NCBI GenBank assembly: GCA_030529085.1
Contig: JAUMXM010000002.1
Location: 13,164-77,163 of the forward strand
Length of the DNA: 64,000 nucleotides
Reading direction: 5' to 3'
DNA from: Rikenellaceae bacterium
Lineage (GTDB): Bacteria > Bacteroidota > Bacteroidia > Bacteroidales > Rikenellaceae
A program made the position numbers and the translations under genes. Of this stretch, positions 8,927-17,778 are shown in pieces. Every line of letters starts with the position of its first letter. Position 1 is the first letter of the stretch. The notes beneath the pieces are model-generated. The model saw only the letters and a list, made by a program, of their open reading frames with translations, did not search any database and was not told the origin of the DNA.

Positions 8927-9610
8927 ATGGAGATTAAAAAGAGCCCCAAAGCTGACCTGCAGAACAAGCGAGGTCTTTTGCTGGAGATCGGTCTGGCTGT
9001 AGCCCTGGCCATCGTAATCGGCGCCTTTGCCTGGACGCCGAAGGAGCACCGTATCGAGCAAGTCGATCTGAACTACGCCATCGTAGAGGAGGAGATTACC
9101 GAGATCACCCGTCAGGACCAGAAGCCGCCCGAGCCGCCGAAGAAGGTGGAGGTGAAGGTTATTGCTGACCTGCTCCAGGTGGTAACCAACGACACGAAGA
9201 TCGAGACGGCCATGACCTTCGACGAGTTCGACGAGGATGCCGAGGTATTCCAGGAGGTTGAGGAGGTAGTTGAGGAGATCGTTGACGACGAGCCCTTCCT
9301 CATCGTAGAGACCATGCCCTCGTTCCAGGGCGGTGACCTGAACACCTTCCGCAACTGGGTACAGTCGAACGTTCGCTTCCCGCAGATCGCCCTCGAGAAC
9401 GGTATCCAGGGTACGGTAGTACTCTCGTTTGTGATCGAGAAGGATGGCTCGCTGACCAACATCCAGGTTCTGCGTACGCCCGACCGCTCGCTGTCGGAGG
9501 AGGCTTCGCGCGTGCTCCAGAAGTCGCCGAAGTGGTCGCCCGGTAAGCAGCGCAACCAGGTGGTTCGTGTAAAGTACACGCTGCCCGTTGTGTTCCGCGT
9601 GCAGAACTAA
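8927..9610 (+). CDS. tonB: Energy transducer TonB
   Basis: MEIKKSPKADL N-terminus, single TM helix, Pro/Glu-rich linker, and C-terminal domain MPSFQGG...GIQGTVVLSFVIEKDG...WSPGKQ. Confidence 0.93.
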   Translation: MEIKKSPKADLQNKRGLLLEIGLAVALAIVIGAFAWTPKEHRIEQVDLNYAIVEEEITEITRQDQKPPEPPKKVEVKVIADLLQVVTNDTKIETAMTFDEFDEDAEVFQEVEEVVEEIVDDEPFLIVETMPSFQGGDLNTFRNWVQSNVRFPQIALENGIQGTVVLSFVIEKDGSLTNIQVLRTPDRSLSEEASRVLQKSPKWSPGKQRNQVVRVKYTLPVVFRVQN

Positions 9611-9631
9611 TTGGTTCCAACCCATACAAAC

Positions 9632-9667
9632 AAAGGGGTATCTGCCGGCAAGGGGGATACCCTTTTT
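9632..9667 (+). terminator. Intrinsic terminator after tonB
   Basis: aaaggggtatc...gatacccttttt hairpin with a T-tail. Confidence 0.7.
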
Positions 9668-9795
9668 GTGGTAAGGTAGGGAGGAGGTAATGCATCGAAA
9701 AAGGGGCCGTGAGCCCTCCAAATAGCACCTCGGAAGGGCAATAAGGACGATGCAAAAAAAGAGAAACCACCATCCCGCCCGCATAACAACACTTA

Positions 9796-10980
9796 TTGAA
9801 CAACGAAAAAACATTGGAAAGAGCTGTATTAGTAGCGGTTATACGCGATAATCAGGAGCCGCGCCAGGCACAGGAGTTCCTGGACGAATTGGAATTTCTG
9901 GCCGAGACGGCCGACATTGAGACGGTGCGCCGCTTTACGCAACGCCTCCCGCAACCCTCGTCGAGAATCTACGTCGGCCCGGGTAAGCTGGAGGAGATTG
10001 CCACCTACTGCAAGGAGGAGGAGATCGACGTGGTGATCTTCGACGACGAGCTGAACCCCTCGCAGACGCGCAACATCGAGCAGGCAATGCCTTGCCGCAT
10101 CCTCGACCGCACGCGACTGATTCTCGACATCTTCCTCTCGCGCGCCCAGACGGCCTACGCCAAGACCCAGGTGCAGCTGGCCAACTACGAATACCTGCTG
10201 CCCCGCTTGAGCGGTATGTGGACCCACCTCGAGCGTCAGCGCGGTGGTACGGGAACACGTGGTGGTGCCGGTGAGCGTGAGATCGAGACCGACCGTCGCC
10301 AGATTCGCAACCGCATCTCGAAACTCAAGGAGGACCTCAAAAAGATCGACAAGCAGATGGCCGTGCAGCGCTCGAACCGTGGACAGATGGTGCGCGTAGC
10401 GCTGGTGGGCTATACAAACGTGGGTAAATCGACCCTGATGAACCTGATCGCCAAGAGCGAGGTCTTTGCCGAGAATAAACTCTTTGCTACGCTCGACACG
10501 ACCGTGCGCAAGGTGGTCTTCGACAACCTCCCCTTCCTGCTCTCGGATACGGTCGGCTTCATCCGCAAGCTCCCCACCGAGCTGATCGAGTCCTTCAAAT
10601 CGACCCTCGACGAGGTGCGCGAGGCCGACCTGCTGGTTCATGTGGTCGATATCTCGCACCCGCAGTTCGAGGAGCACATCGCCGTCGTGAAGCAGACCCT
10701 GCAGGAGATTGGTGCGGGCGACAAACCCGTCTATCTGGTCTTCAACAAGATCGACGCCTATACCTATATAGAAAAAGAGCCGGATGACCTCACACCCGCC
10801 ACGCGCGAAAACATCTCGCTGGAGGATATGAAGAAGAGCTGGATCGCCAAGGCGAATACCCCCTGCATCTTCCTCTCGGCCATCGAGCGACTCAACATCG
10901 AGAAGTTCCGCACGGACCTCTACGGCATGGTACGCGAGATTCACGCAGGACGCTATCCGTTCAACAACTTCCTCTATTAG
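9796..10980 (+). CDS. hflX: Ribosome-splitting GTPase HflX (TTG start)
   Basis: GYTNVGKST, LFATLD, DTVGFI, NKID and GERE motifs. An in-frame TAA at 9784-9786 rules out an earlier start. Confidence 0.96.
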   Translation: MNNEKTLERAVLVAVIRDNQEPRQAQEFLDELEFLAETADIETVRRFTQRLPQPSSRIYVGPGKLEEIATYCKEEEIDVVIFDDELNPSQTRNIEQAMPCRILDRTRLILDIFLSRAQTAYAKTQVQLANYEYLLPRLSGMWTHLERQRGGTGTRGGAGEREIETDRRQIRNRISKLKEDLKKIDKQMAVQRSNRGQMVRVALVGYTNVGKSTLMNLIAKSEVFAENKLFATLDTTVRKVVFDNLPFLLSDTVGFIRKLPTELIESFKSTLDEVREADLLVHVVDISHPQFEEHIAVVKQTLQEIGAGDKPVYLVFNKIDAYTYIEKEPDDLTPATRENISLEDMKKSWIAKANTPCIFLSAIERLNIEKFRTDLYGMVREIHAGRYPFNNFLY

Positions 10981-11007
10981 CGAAACAAACAAAACATCAT
11001 AAACCCC

Positions 11008-11661
11008 ATGACTATCAACATTCTGTCGGAACAGAACTCGGTACTCAACAAGTTCCTTACCGAGATTCGAGACTCGAAAATTCAGATTGACTCGATGCGT
11101 TTTCGCCGCAATCTGGAGCGCATTGGCGAGGTGACGGCCTACGAGCTTTCGAAGACGCTCAACTACTCACCGCGCCTGGTAGAGACCCCGCTGGGTGAGT
11201 TGGAGGTAAACCAGATCAACGATGAGCTGGTCATCGCCACCATCCTGCGTGCCGGACTCCCCTTCCACCAGGGCTTCCTCAACTACTTCGACAATGCGAA
11301 GAATGCCTTTGTCTCGGCCTATCGCAAGAACCACAAGGATGGCTCCTTCACCGTCAAGGTGGAGTATATCTCGTGTGGCGAGCTGGAGGGTAAGACGCTG
11401 CTGTTGGTCGACCCGATGCTGGCTACGGGTCAGTCGCTGGTACTGGCCTACGAGGCGATGTGTGAGCGTTGCGGCACCCCCGCCAAGCTGCATGTAGCCT
11501 CGGTGATTGCCTCGGAGCAGGGTGTTGATTACGCCAAGCGCCACCTGCCGAAGGATACCACCCTCTGGGCTGCAGCCGTTGACGAGGAGCTCACCTCGAA
11601 GTGCTACATCGTACCGGGCTTGGGCGATGCCGGCGACTTGGCCTTCGGCGAAAAAATCTAA
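11008..11661 (+). CDS. upp: Uracil phosphoribosyltransferase
   Basis: ILRAG, VDPMLATG and YIVPGLGDAGD motifs. Confidence 0.96.
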   Translation: MTINILSEQNSVLNKFLTEIRDSKIQIDSMRFRRNLERIGEVTAYELSKTLNYSPRLVETPLGELEVNQINDELVIATILRAGLPFHQGFLNYFDNAKNAFVSAYRKNHKDGSFTVKVEYISCGELEGKTLLLVDPMLATGQSLVLAYEAMCERCGTPAKLHVASVIASEQGVDYAKRHLPKDTTLWAAAVDEELTSKCYIVPGLGDAGDLAFGEKI

Positions 11662-11670
11662 GCGAAGAGG

Positions 11671-13503
11671 ATGAAACGAAAACTGCTGTTTCTCTTTGCT
11701 GCATGGCTCGCAACCGTTGTGTTGATGGCCCTGCAAAAGCCTATTTTCCTGCTCTACTACAACGAGCTGGCAGCCCCCTACACCTGGGTCGACTACTGGG
11801 CTGTGGTGCGCCATGGTCTGCTACTCGACTCGACCGTAGCGGGCTACCTGACGGCGCTGCCGATCCTCTTCACGCTCGTTGTGAGTTGGACAGGAATCTC
11901 GGAACGGGTCGGACGCAGCATTGTAAAGGGATACTACGGCTTGATGGCCGTCGTGGCAGCGGTTCTATTTGCGGTCGATCTGGGACTCTATGGCTATTGG
12001 GGCTTCCGACTCGACTCCACGATTCTGATCTACCTCGCCGACCCGAAGGGGGCCATGGCAAGCATCGATCTGCCCCTCTTCCTGAAGCAATCGGCCTTCG
12101 CCATCGGCTATGGTGCACTGCTCGTTTGGGGCTGGATGCTGGTAGCCAAGCTTTTCGACGGAAGTCGTCTTGCATGGCGCAAAGCATTGGCATTCACGCC
12201 CATCCTGCTCCTGGTCATGGGACTCGACTTCCTTGCCATTCGCGGTGGCGTGGGCACCTCGGTTGCCAACGTATCGAAGGTATGCTTCTCGTCGGAGCTG
12301 TTCCTCAACCACGCAGCCACCAACCCTATCTTCTCCTTCCTCTCGACCATCGGCAAGCAGGAGAACTACGCCGAGGAGTACCCCTTCTACGAAGCGGAGG
12401 AGCTCGCGGAGCGATTTGCAGCCATTCGCGGCAACCGCCCCGACACCCAACCCGCCACAAAGCTCCTCAAGGTCGAGCGCCCGAACATCCTCTTTGTGCT
12501 GCTGGAGGGCTTCGGCTCGACAGTCATGGAGGCCCAAGAGGAGGGACAAGCCATTGCCCCCAACCTGCTGCGCTACCGCGAGGAGGGCATCTATTTCGAA
12601 AATCTCTACGCCAACTCCTTCCGCACGGATCGCGGACAGGTGGCTGTGTTGAGCGGCTTCCCGGCTCAGACGCGTATCTCGCTCATGAAGCTCACACCCA
12701 AGTGCCTGGAGCTCCCCTCGATCGCCCGCTCGCTGGGCCGCGAGGGTTATCGAACCCACTTCACCTACGGAGGTGACATCAACTTCACGAACCAATCCTC
12801 CTACATGTACGCCACAGGGTGGCAGGAGCTCTATTGGCAGCAGGATATGTCCTTCGACGCCCCCACCTCGAAGTGGGGCTACGACGACCGCGTAGTAGGC
12901 GAAGCCGTTGCCGAGGAGGTGATCCGCAGCAGCAAAAGCGAAGAGCCCTTCCTGGCCGGATGGCTCACCCTCTCGAGCCACGAGCCCTTCGTGGTTCCCT
13001 ACGCGAAATTCGAGGAGAAGATCGCCAACGCCTTCGCCTTCACCGACGACTGCATCGGATCGCTCGTTGAGCGACTTCGTGAAAGCGAGGCGTGGGAGAA
13101 GCTGCTCATCGTGTTGGTTCCCGACCACGGCATGGGTAACTTCCGCAAAGGCGCTTGGAGCGAGACCGAGGTGCACCGCATTCCGATGATCTGGCTTGGA
13201 GGCGCCATCAAAGAGCCGACCAACGTAGCCGCCTACGGCTCGCAGATCGACATTGCCGCGACGCTCCTGGCGCAGCTCGGCATCGACCACAGCGATTTCG
13301 ACTACTCGAAAGATCTACTCGATCCCGCGTTGCCCAAATTTGGCTACTACACCTACAACGAAGGCTTTGTTGTGGTGGATGAGGCGCAGGAGTCGGGCTG
13401 GGATGCCAAATCGAACCGTACGACCGAGGGGGCCTCGGAGGAGCAGATAGCCCTTGGCCGCACGCTCTTGCAGACCACCTACGAAGATATTGCACGCCGC
13501 TAA
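11671..13503 (+). CDS. LTA-synthase-family / sulfatase-fold membrane phosphotransferase
   Basis: Five N-terminal TM helices; PNILFVLLEG, RTDRG, TLSSHEPF and PDHG motifs. Confidence 0.88.
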   Translation: MKRKLLFLFAAWLATVVLMALQKPIFLLYYNELAAPYTWVDYWAVVRHGLLLDSTVAGYLTALPILFTLVVSWTGISERVGRSIVKGYYGLMAVVAAVLFAVDLGLYGYWGFRLDSTILIYLADPKGAMASIDLPLFLKQSAFAIGYGALLVWGWMLVAKLFDGSRLAWRKALAFTPILLLVMGLDFLAIRGGVGTSVANVSKVCFSSELFLNHAATNPIFSFLSTIGKQENYAEEYPFYEAEELAERFAAIRGNRPDTQPATKLLKVERPNILFVLLEGFGSTVMEAQEEGQAIAPNLLRYREEGIYFENLYANSFRTDRGQVAVLSGFPAQTRISLMKLTPKCLELPSIARSLGREGYRTHFTYGGDINFTNQSSYMYATGWQELYWQQDMSFDAPTSKWGYDDRVVGEAVAEEVIRSSKSEEPFLAGWLTLSSHEPFVVPYAKFEEKIANAFAFTDDCIGSLVERLRESEAWEKLLIVLVPDHGMGNFRKGAWSETEVHRIPMIWLGGAIKEPTNVAAYGSQIDIAATLLAQLGIDHSDFDYSKDLLDPALPKFGYYTYNEGFVVVDEAQESGWDAKSNRTTEGASEEQIALGRTLLQTTYEDIARR

Positions 13504-13516
13504 AAAACCAAGAACG

Positions 13517-14443
13517 ATGTATAAAGCTGTCCACTACACGACCGACAAGAAGATGAGCGACCTGGTCTCGGACCACTACGCCGTCTTGCAGATCATGAGC
13601 CGCTTTGACATCTCGCTGGGCTTTGGCGAGAAGTCGATTGGCGAGGTGTGTGCCGAGAATCAGGTGGATGCCGCCACCTTTCTGGCCGTTGTAAACCTGC
13701 TCTTGGGCGACGGCTACTATGCACAGGATGCCGAAGTCTCGGTGGCAACCCTCACACGCTACCTGCGCAACGCCCACCGCTACTTTCTCGACTTCCGCCT
13801 GCCGACAATCCGTCGCAAGCTGATCGAGGCGGTCGACTGCTCGCTGAGCGATGTTTCGTATGCCATCATGCGCTACTACGACGAATATTTCGCCGAGGTG
13901 CAGAAACACATGGAGTACGAGGAGCAGCATGTCTTCCCCTATGTCGATTCGCTCCTGGCCGGCACGCCCCGCAGCGACTACTCGATCGAGATCTTCCGCT
14001 CGATCCACGACAAGGTGGCCGAGCACCTCAAGGAGCTCAAGCAGATCATCATCAAATACTACCCGGCCAAGAGTTCGAACGAGTTGAACGATGCCCTCTT
14101 CGATATCTTCACCTGCGAGCAGGAGCTCTCGTCACACAACTTAGTCGAGGATGAACTCTATGCCGAGGCGGTCGAGAAGCTCGCCGCCAAGCTCGAGTCG
14201 CAGCCCCGCACCGAGCAGGAGAGTTCCGCTCTGAGCGCCCGCGAAAAGGAGATCATCGTTTGTGTGGTTAAGGGGTTGACCAACAAGGAGATTGCCGAGG
14301 AGCTCTGCATCTCGGCACACACGGTAATCACCCACCGTCGCAACATCGCCTCGAAGCTCCAGATCCACTCGGCCGCCGGTCTTACGATCTACGCCATCGT
14401 CAATAAGCTGGTCGAACTGAACGAACTGAAAATCGAAAACTGA
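13517..14443 (+). CDS. LuxR-type regulator with N-terminal ScdA/RIC-like and hemerythrin-like domains
   Basis: SRFDISLGFGEKSIGEVC (ScdA_N-like); HMEYEE and HNLVED HxxxE motifs; LSAREKEI...GLTNKEIA...TVITHRRNI LuxR HTH. ATG at 13517. Confidence 0.85.
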   Translation: MYKAVHYTTDKKMSDLVSDHYAVLQIMSRFDISLGFGEKSIGEVCAENQVDAATFLAVVNLLLGDGYYAQDAEVSVATLTRYLRNAHRYFLDFRLPTIRRKLIEAVDCSLSDVSYAIMRYYDEYFAEVQKHMEYEEQHVFPYVDSLLAGTPRSDYSIEIFRSIHDKVAEHLKELKQIIIKYYPAKSSNELNDALFDIFTCEQELSSHNLVEDELYAEAVEKLAAKLESQPRTEQESSALSAREKEIIVCVVKGLTNKEIAEELCISAHTVITHRRNIASKLQIHSAAGLTIYAIVNKLVELNELKIEN

Positions 14444-14469
14444 TAAGCATATAGAACCATGCAACAACT

Positions 14470-14500
14470 AAAAAAGCTCCCTTCGTCGGGAGCTTTTTTT
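14470..14500. terminator. Bidirectional intrinsic terminator
   Basis: aaaaaagctccc/gggagcttttttt hairpin between convergent genes. Confidence 0.88.
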
Positions 14501-14503
14501 CAT

Positions 14504-14809
14504 CTACGCCTCACCCATCTTGGGGCCGGCCGAAGGGTTGGTAATCGGAGCGGGGATCTCGATCTTACCCATCGTTGTTTCATAGCGGGCAATGTTCTCT
14601 TGCAAGGTGCGCAGTAAGCGCTTGGCGTGTTCGGGCGTCAGCACAATGCGACTCTTCACACGCGCTTTGGGCATTCCGGGCATCACCGTCGCGAAGTCGA
14701 TCACAAACTCGGAAGTCGAGTGGTTGATCATTGCAAAATTGGAGTAGACACCCTCAGCGATGCGCTCGTCGAGCTCGATTTCGAGCCCACCGGTCTTAAC
14801 TTCTGCCAT
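14504..14809 (-). CDS. DUF3467 family protein
   Basis: GVYSNFAMINHSTSEFVIDF...PKARVKSRIVLTPEHAKRL signature. Confidence 0.88.
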   Translation of the reverse strand: MAEVKTGGLEIELDERIAEGVYSNFAMINHSTSEFVIDFATVMPGMPKARVKSRIVLTPEHAKRLLRTLQENIARYETTMGKIEIPAPITNPSAGPKMGEA

Positions 14810-14831
14810 AGCAAATCAGATTTTGATAGTG

Positions 14832-14839
14832 CAAAAATA
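14832..14839 (-). promoter_or_regulatory. -7 element (TATTTTTG) for the DUF3467 gene
   Basis: TAnnTTTG on the - strand, 22 nt upstream of the ATG. Confidence 0.55.
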
Positions 14840-14937
14840 GCAATCCTCGAGTTGCACACCGCAACTTCGAGGCCAAAGTTTTCGATATTTTATCAACATC
14901 TTTCTTTTTTGGCACCGCTTTTCACACCTTTTTTTCC

Positions 14938-14945
14938 TATCTTTG
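14938..14945 (+). promoter_or_regulatory. -7 element (TATCTTTG) for the lysE-cmk operon
   Basis: TAnnTTTG 31 nt upstream of the ATG at 14977. Confidence 0.6.
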
Positions 14946-14976
14946 CAAAGTTGAACCGTAGAAGAAAAAGGCAAAG

Positions 14977-15651
14977 ATGACTGTATCGCTTTTAGAGGTT
15001 TTGATGCGCGGCCTGATGGTCGGTGTAGCGGCATCGATCACGGTAGGTCCCGTGGCGGTGCTCTGCATCCAGCGCACCCTTTCGAAGAGCCGCCGCTCGG
15101 GCATCGTTTCGGGTATCGGTGTAGCTGCAGCCGACACGCTGATGGCCATCATTTCGCTACTCTGCTACTCGATGCTTGAGTCGCAAATCCAGCAGTACGA
15201 CACCCTGCTGCGCGTCGTGGGCGGTATTTTTGTCGTGGTGGTGGGCGTCTACGTCTTCTCGCAGAACCCCGTGCCGCAGATTCGTCGCAACCGCGCCGGC
15301 CGCTCGTCGCTCTGGCAGGACTTCGCCTCGATCTTCGGACTGACGCTGGCCAACTTCATCGTCGTGATCCCCTACATCCTGGCCTTCCTGGCTGTCTTCG
15401 AGATCTCGTCGAGCGACATCACGGGAGGCGGTTTGGCAGGATTTATGCGCGCCGTGCTCACCCTGGGCGGCTTCTTTGGCGGTGCCGTGGCGTGGTGGAC
15501 CTTCGTGGCATTTGTCATCAACCTCTTCCGCCGTCGATTCCGTCCCCGCCACATGCTCACGATTAACCACGTGGCAGGTCTGATTATCGGCCTGCTCGGT
15601 ATCTATACAATTTTAGCCACTTTTTTCGATATTTTCCCCAATGTCCACTAA
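14977..15651 (+). CDS. LysE-family translocator
   Basis: VGPVAVLCIQRTL...GIGVAAAD motif; about 6 TM helices. Confidence 0.85.
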   Translation: MTVSLLEVLMRGLMVGVAASITVGPVAVLCIQRTLSKSRRSGIVSGIGVAAADTLMAIISLLCYSMLESQIQQYDTLLRVVGGIFVVVVGVYVFSQNPVPQIRRNRAGRSSLWQDFASIFGLTLANFIVVIPYILAFLAVFEISSSDITGGGLAGFMRAVLTLGGFFGGAVAWWTFVAFVINLFRRRFRPRHMLTINHVAGLIIGLLGIYTILATFFDIFPNVH

Positions 15652-16342
15652 CACTCCCCATAAGATTATCATCGCCATCGACGGCTTCTCGTCGTGCGGC
15701 AAGAGCACCTTTGCCAAGGCCATCGCTGCCCGCCTGGGCTACATCTTCATCGACACGGGCGCCATGTACCGCGCTGTGACCCTCTACGCCCTCGAGCATG
15801 GAGCCATCCGCTCGGGAATCGTCGATGAGGAGGCCGTTGTAAAGCTCTTGCGCGAGATGCAGATCACCTTCCGCTTCAACCCCGAGCGTGGGGCGAGCGA
15901 CATCTATGTCAATGGCGATCGCGTCGAGGGCAAGATTCGCACGATCGAGGTCTCGAACTGCGTGAGCGCCGTGAGTGCCATCGCCGAGGTGCGCCAAAAG
16001 CTCGTTGCCATGCAGCAGGAAATGGGTCGCAAGAAGGGGGTTGTGATGGATGGCCGCGACATCGGCACAGTGGTCTTCCCCGATGCTGAGCTCAAGATCT
16101 TCATGACGGCCGATCCGCGTGTGCGCGCCCAGCGTCGCTACGACGAGCTGACGGCCAAGGGCGACAACGTCTCGCTCGAGGAGATCGAGCAGAATGTGCG
16201 CGACCGCGACTACCAGGATATGCACCGCGCCATCTCGCCCCTGCGCCAGGCCGAGGATGCCATCGTGCTCGACAACTCGGCCATGACCGTCGAGGAGCAG
16301 ATGACCTGGGTAATGGAGCGCATCGCGACGCTGCAAGCCTAA
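15641..16342 (+). CDS. cmk: Cytidylate kinase
   Basis: IAIDGFSSCGKST, DTGAMYR and DGRDIGTVVFPDA motifs. Confidence 0.96.
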   Translation: MSTNTPHKIIIAIDGFSSCGKSTFAKAIAARLGYIFIDTGAMYRAVTLYALEHGAIRSGIVDEEAVVKLLREMQITFRFNPERGASDIYVNGDRVEGKIRTIEVSNCVSAVSAIAEVRQKLVAMQQEMGRKKGVVMDGRDIGTVVFPDAELKIFMTADPRVRAQRRYDELTAKGDNVSLEEIEQNVRDRDYQDMHRAISPLRQAEDAIVLDNSAMTVEEQMTWVMERIATLQA

Positions 16343-16349
16343 AAACCAC

Positions 16350-16378
16350 AGCCGAGACCCTTTCGCTCGGCTTCTTTT
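16350..16378 (+). terminator. Possible weak terminator between cmk and ispH
   Basis: agccgag/ctcggct stem followed by tcttttc. Confidence 0.4.
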
Positions 16379-16391
16379 CAACAGTTGGGAT

Positions 16392-17255
16392 ATGAAGATT
16401 GTAATCGACGATAAATCGGGATTCTGTTTTGGTGTGGTGCGCGCCATCAGCGAGGCCGAGCAGGCACTTGCCGGAGGTGGTACGGTCTATTCGCTGGGCG
16501 ATATTGTCCACAACCGCATGGAGGTGCAACGCCTTGAATCATTGGGGCTGAAGACCATTACCCACAGCGACATGGCATCGCTCGCAGGTGCAAGACTCTT
16601 CATCCGCGCCCACGGCGAGCCCCCCACGACCTACACCAAGGCCAAGGAGCTCGACATCGAGGTGATTGATGCCACCTGTCCGGTGGTAGCCCGCCTGCAG
16701 AGCCGCGTGGTCGAGGCCTACAACACGATGCAGCCCCTCGGAGGCCAGGTGGTGATCCTCGGCAAGCGAGGTCACGCCGAGGTGGTGGGCCTCACGGGGC
16801 AGGTCGAGGATCGCGCCATCGTCATCGAGGGGGAACAGGATCTGAAGCTGATCGACTTCTCGCGCCCGATCTTCTTCCTCTCGCAGACCACGCAGTCGAT
16901 TGCCCTCTTCAACCGCCTGGGCGAGGAGATGCAACGCCGCGCCGCCAAGGCCGAGCAGGTGACCATCGCCGACACGATCTGCCGCCAGGTATCGGGCCGC
17001 GAGCAGCACCTCACGGAGTTTGCCGGTCGCTTCGATGTGATCATCTTTGTCTGCGGCCGCAAATCCTCGAACGGCAAGGTGCTCTTCGAGGTGTGCCGCA
17101 AGGCCAACCCCCGCGCCTACAACATCGAGGAGGCACGCGAACTGGATCCCGCCTGGTTGGAGAGTGCCGCTTCGGTGGGTATCTGCGGAGCCACCTCAAC
17201 CCCCAAATGGCTGATGGAGGAGGTAGCGCAGCAGATTCAAAATTCAGGATGCTGA
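16392..17255 (+). CDS. ispH: 4-hydroxy-3-methylbut-2-enyl diphosphate reductase
   Basis: GFCFGV, IVHN, RAHG, DATCP, HAEV, SQTT, DTIC, SSN and GATSTP motifs. Confidence 0.96.
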   Translation: MKIVIDDKSGFCFGVVRAISEAEQALAGGGTVYSLGDIVHNRMEVQRLESLGLKTITHSDMASLAGARLFIRAHGEPPTTYTKAKELDIEVIDATCPVVARLQSRVVEAYNTMQPLGGQVVILGKRGHAEVVGLTGQVEDRAIVIEGEQDLKLIDFSRPIFFLSQTTQSIALFNRLGEEMQRRAAKAEQVTIADTICRQVSGREQHLTEFAGRFDVIIFVCGRKSSNGKVLFEVCRKANPRAYNIEEARELDPAWLESAASVGICGATSTPKWLMEEVAQQIQNSGC

Positions 17256-17301
17256 AATCAAGGGATTAAACTCGATAAAAAAACTAAAAAAAAAGACAAC
17301 C

Positions 17302-17778
17302 ATGAAATACTTTATCCGTTCCGCAAAATACTTTGTTGCTCTCTGCGTTCTATGTGTAGCCTTGATGGTGTTGATGCTCCTGACGGGAACTTCGGAGCTG
17401 GGCTGGGAGGAGACCTTCTACCTGATGTTCCACTCCGACCGCTTCCTGCTTTTGGGTGTGGCGATCGTCGCCCTGGCGGCCACCTACCCCCGTTTCGGCT
17501 TCATCAAGCGCACTGTTGAAGGGTCGGTAACGACGCATCGCACCCAGATCGAGAGCGCCTTTCACGCCTCGGGCTTCCGCTTCGTGAAGGAGGAGCAGGG
17601 TGTGCTCTACTTCCGCGGCGACGGCCTCTGGAAGCGCCTCATACTCCTCTTCGAGGATGAGGTGACGGTACGCCAAACGGCTGACGAGATCGAGATCGAG
17701 GGTATCCGCCGTGCGGTGGCCACGATCGTCTATCGCCTCGACGGTTACATTGAAATGGTAAAACGCAATGAAAAATAG
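17302..17778 (+). CDS. Hypothetical membrane protein (2 TM)
   Basis: Host-like codon usage, A-rich start context, two hydrophobic helices, overlaps the next gene. Confidence 0.75.
   Translation: MKYFIRSAKYFVALCVLCVALMVLMLLTGTSELGWEETFYLMFHSDRFLLLGVAIVALAATYPRFGFIKRTVEGSVTTHRTQIESAFHASGFRFVKEEQGVLYFRGDGLWKRLILLFEDEVTVRQTADEIEIEGIRRAVATIVYRLDGYIEMVKRNEK

Noticed and set aside
9750-9851. Second small ORF MQKKRNHHPAR... overlapping the hflX start out of frame
   Set aside because: No supporting motif or evidence. The A7 run suggested a frameshifted hflX N-terminus, but the TTG-started HflX is already full-length for Bacteroidota.
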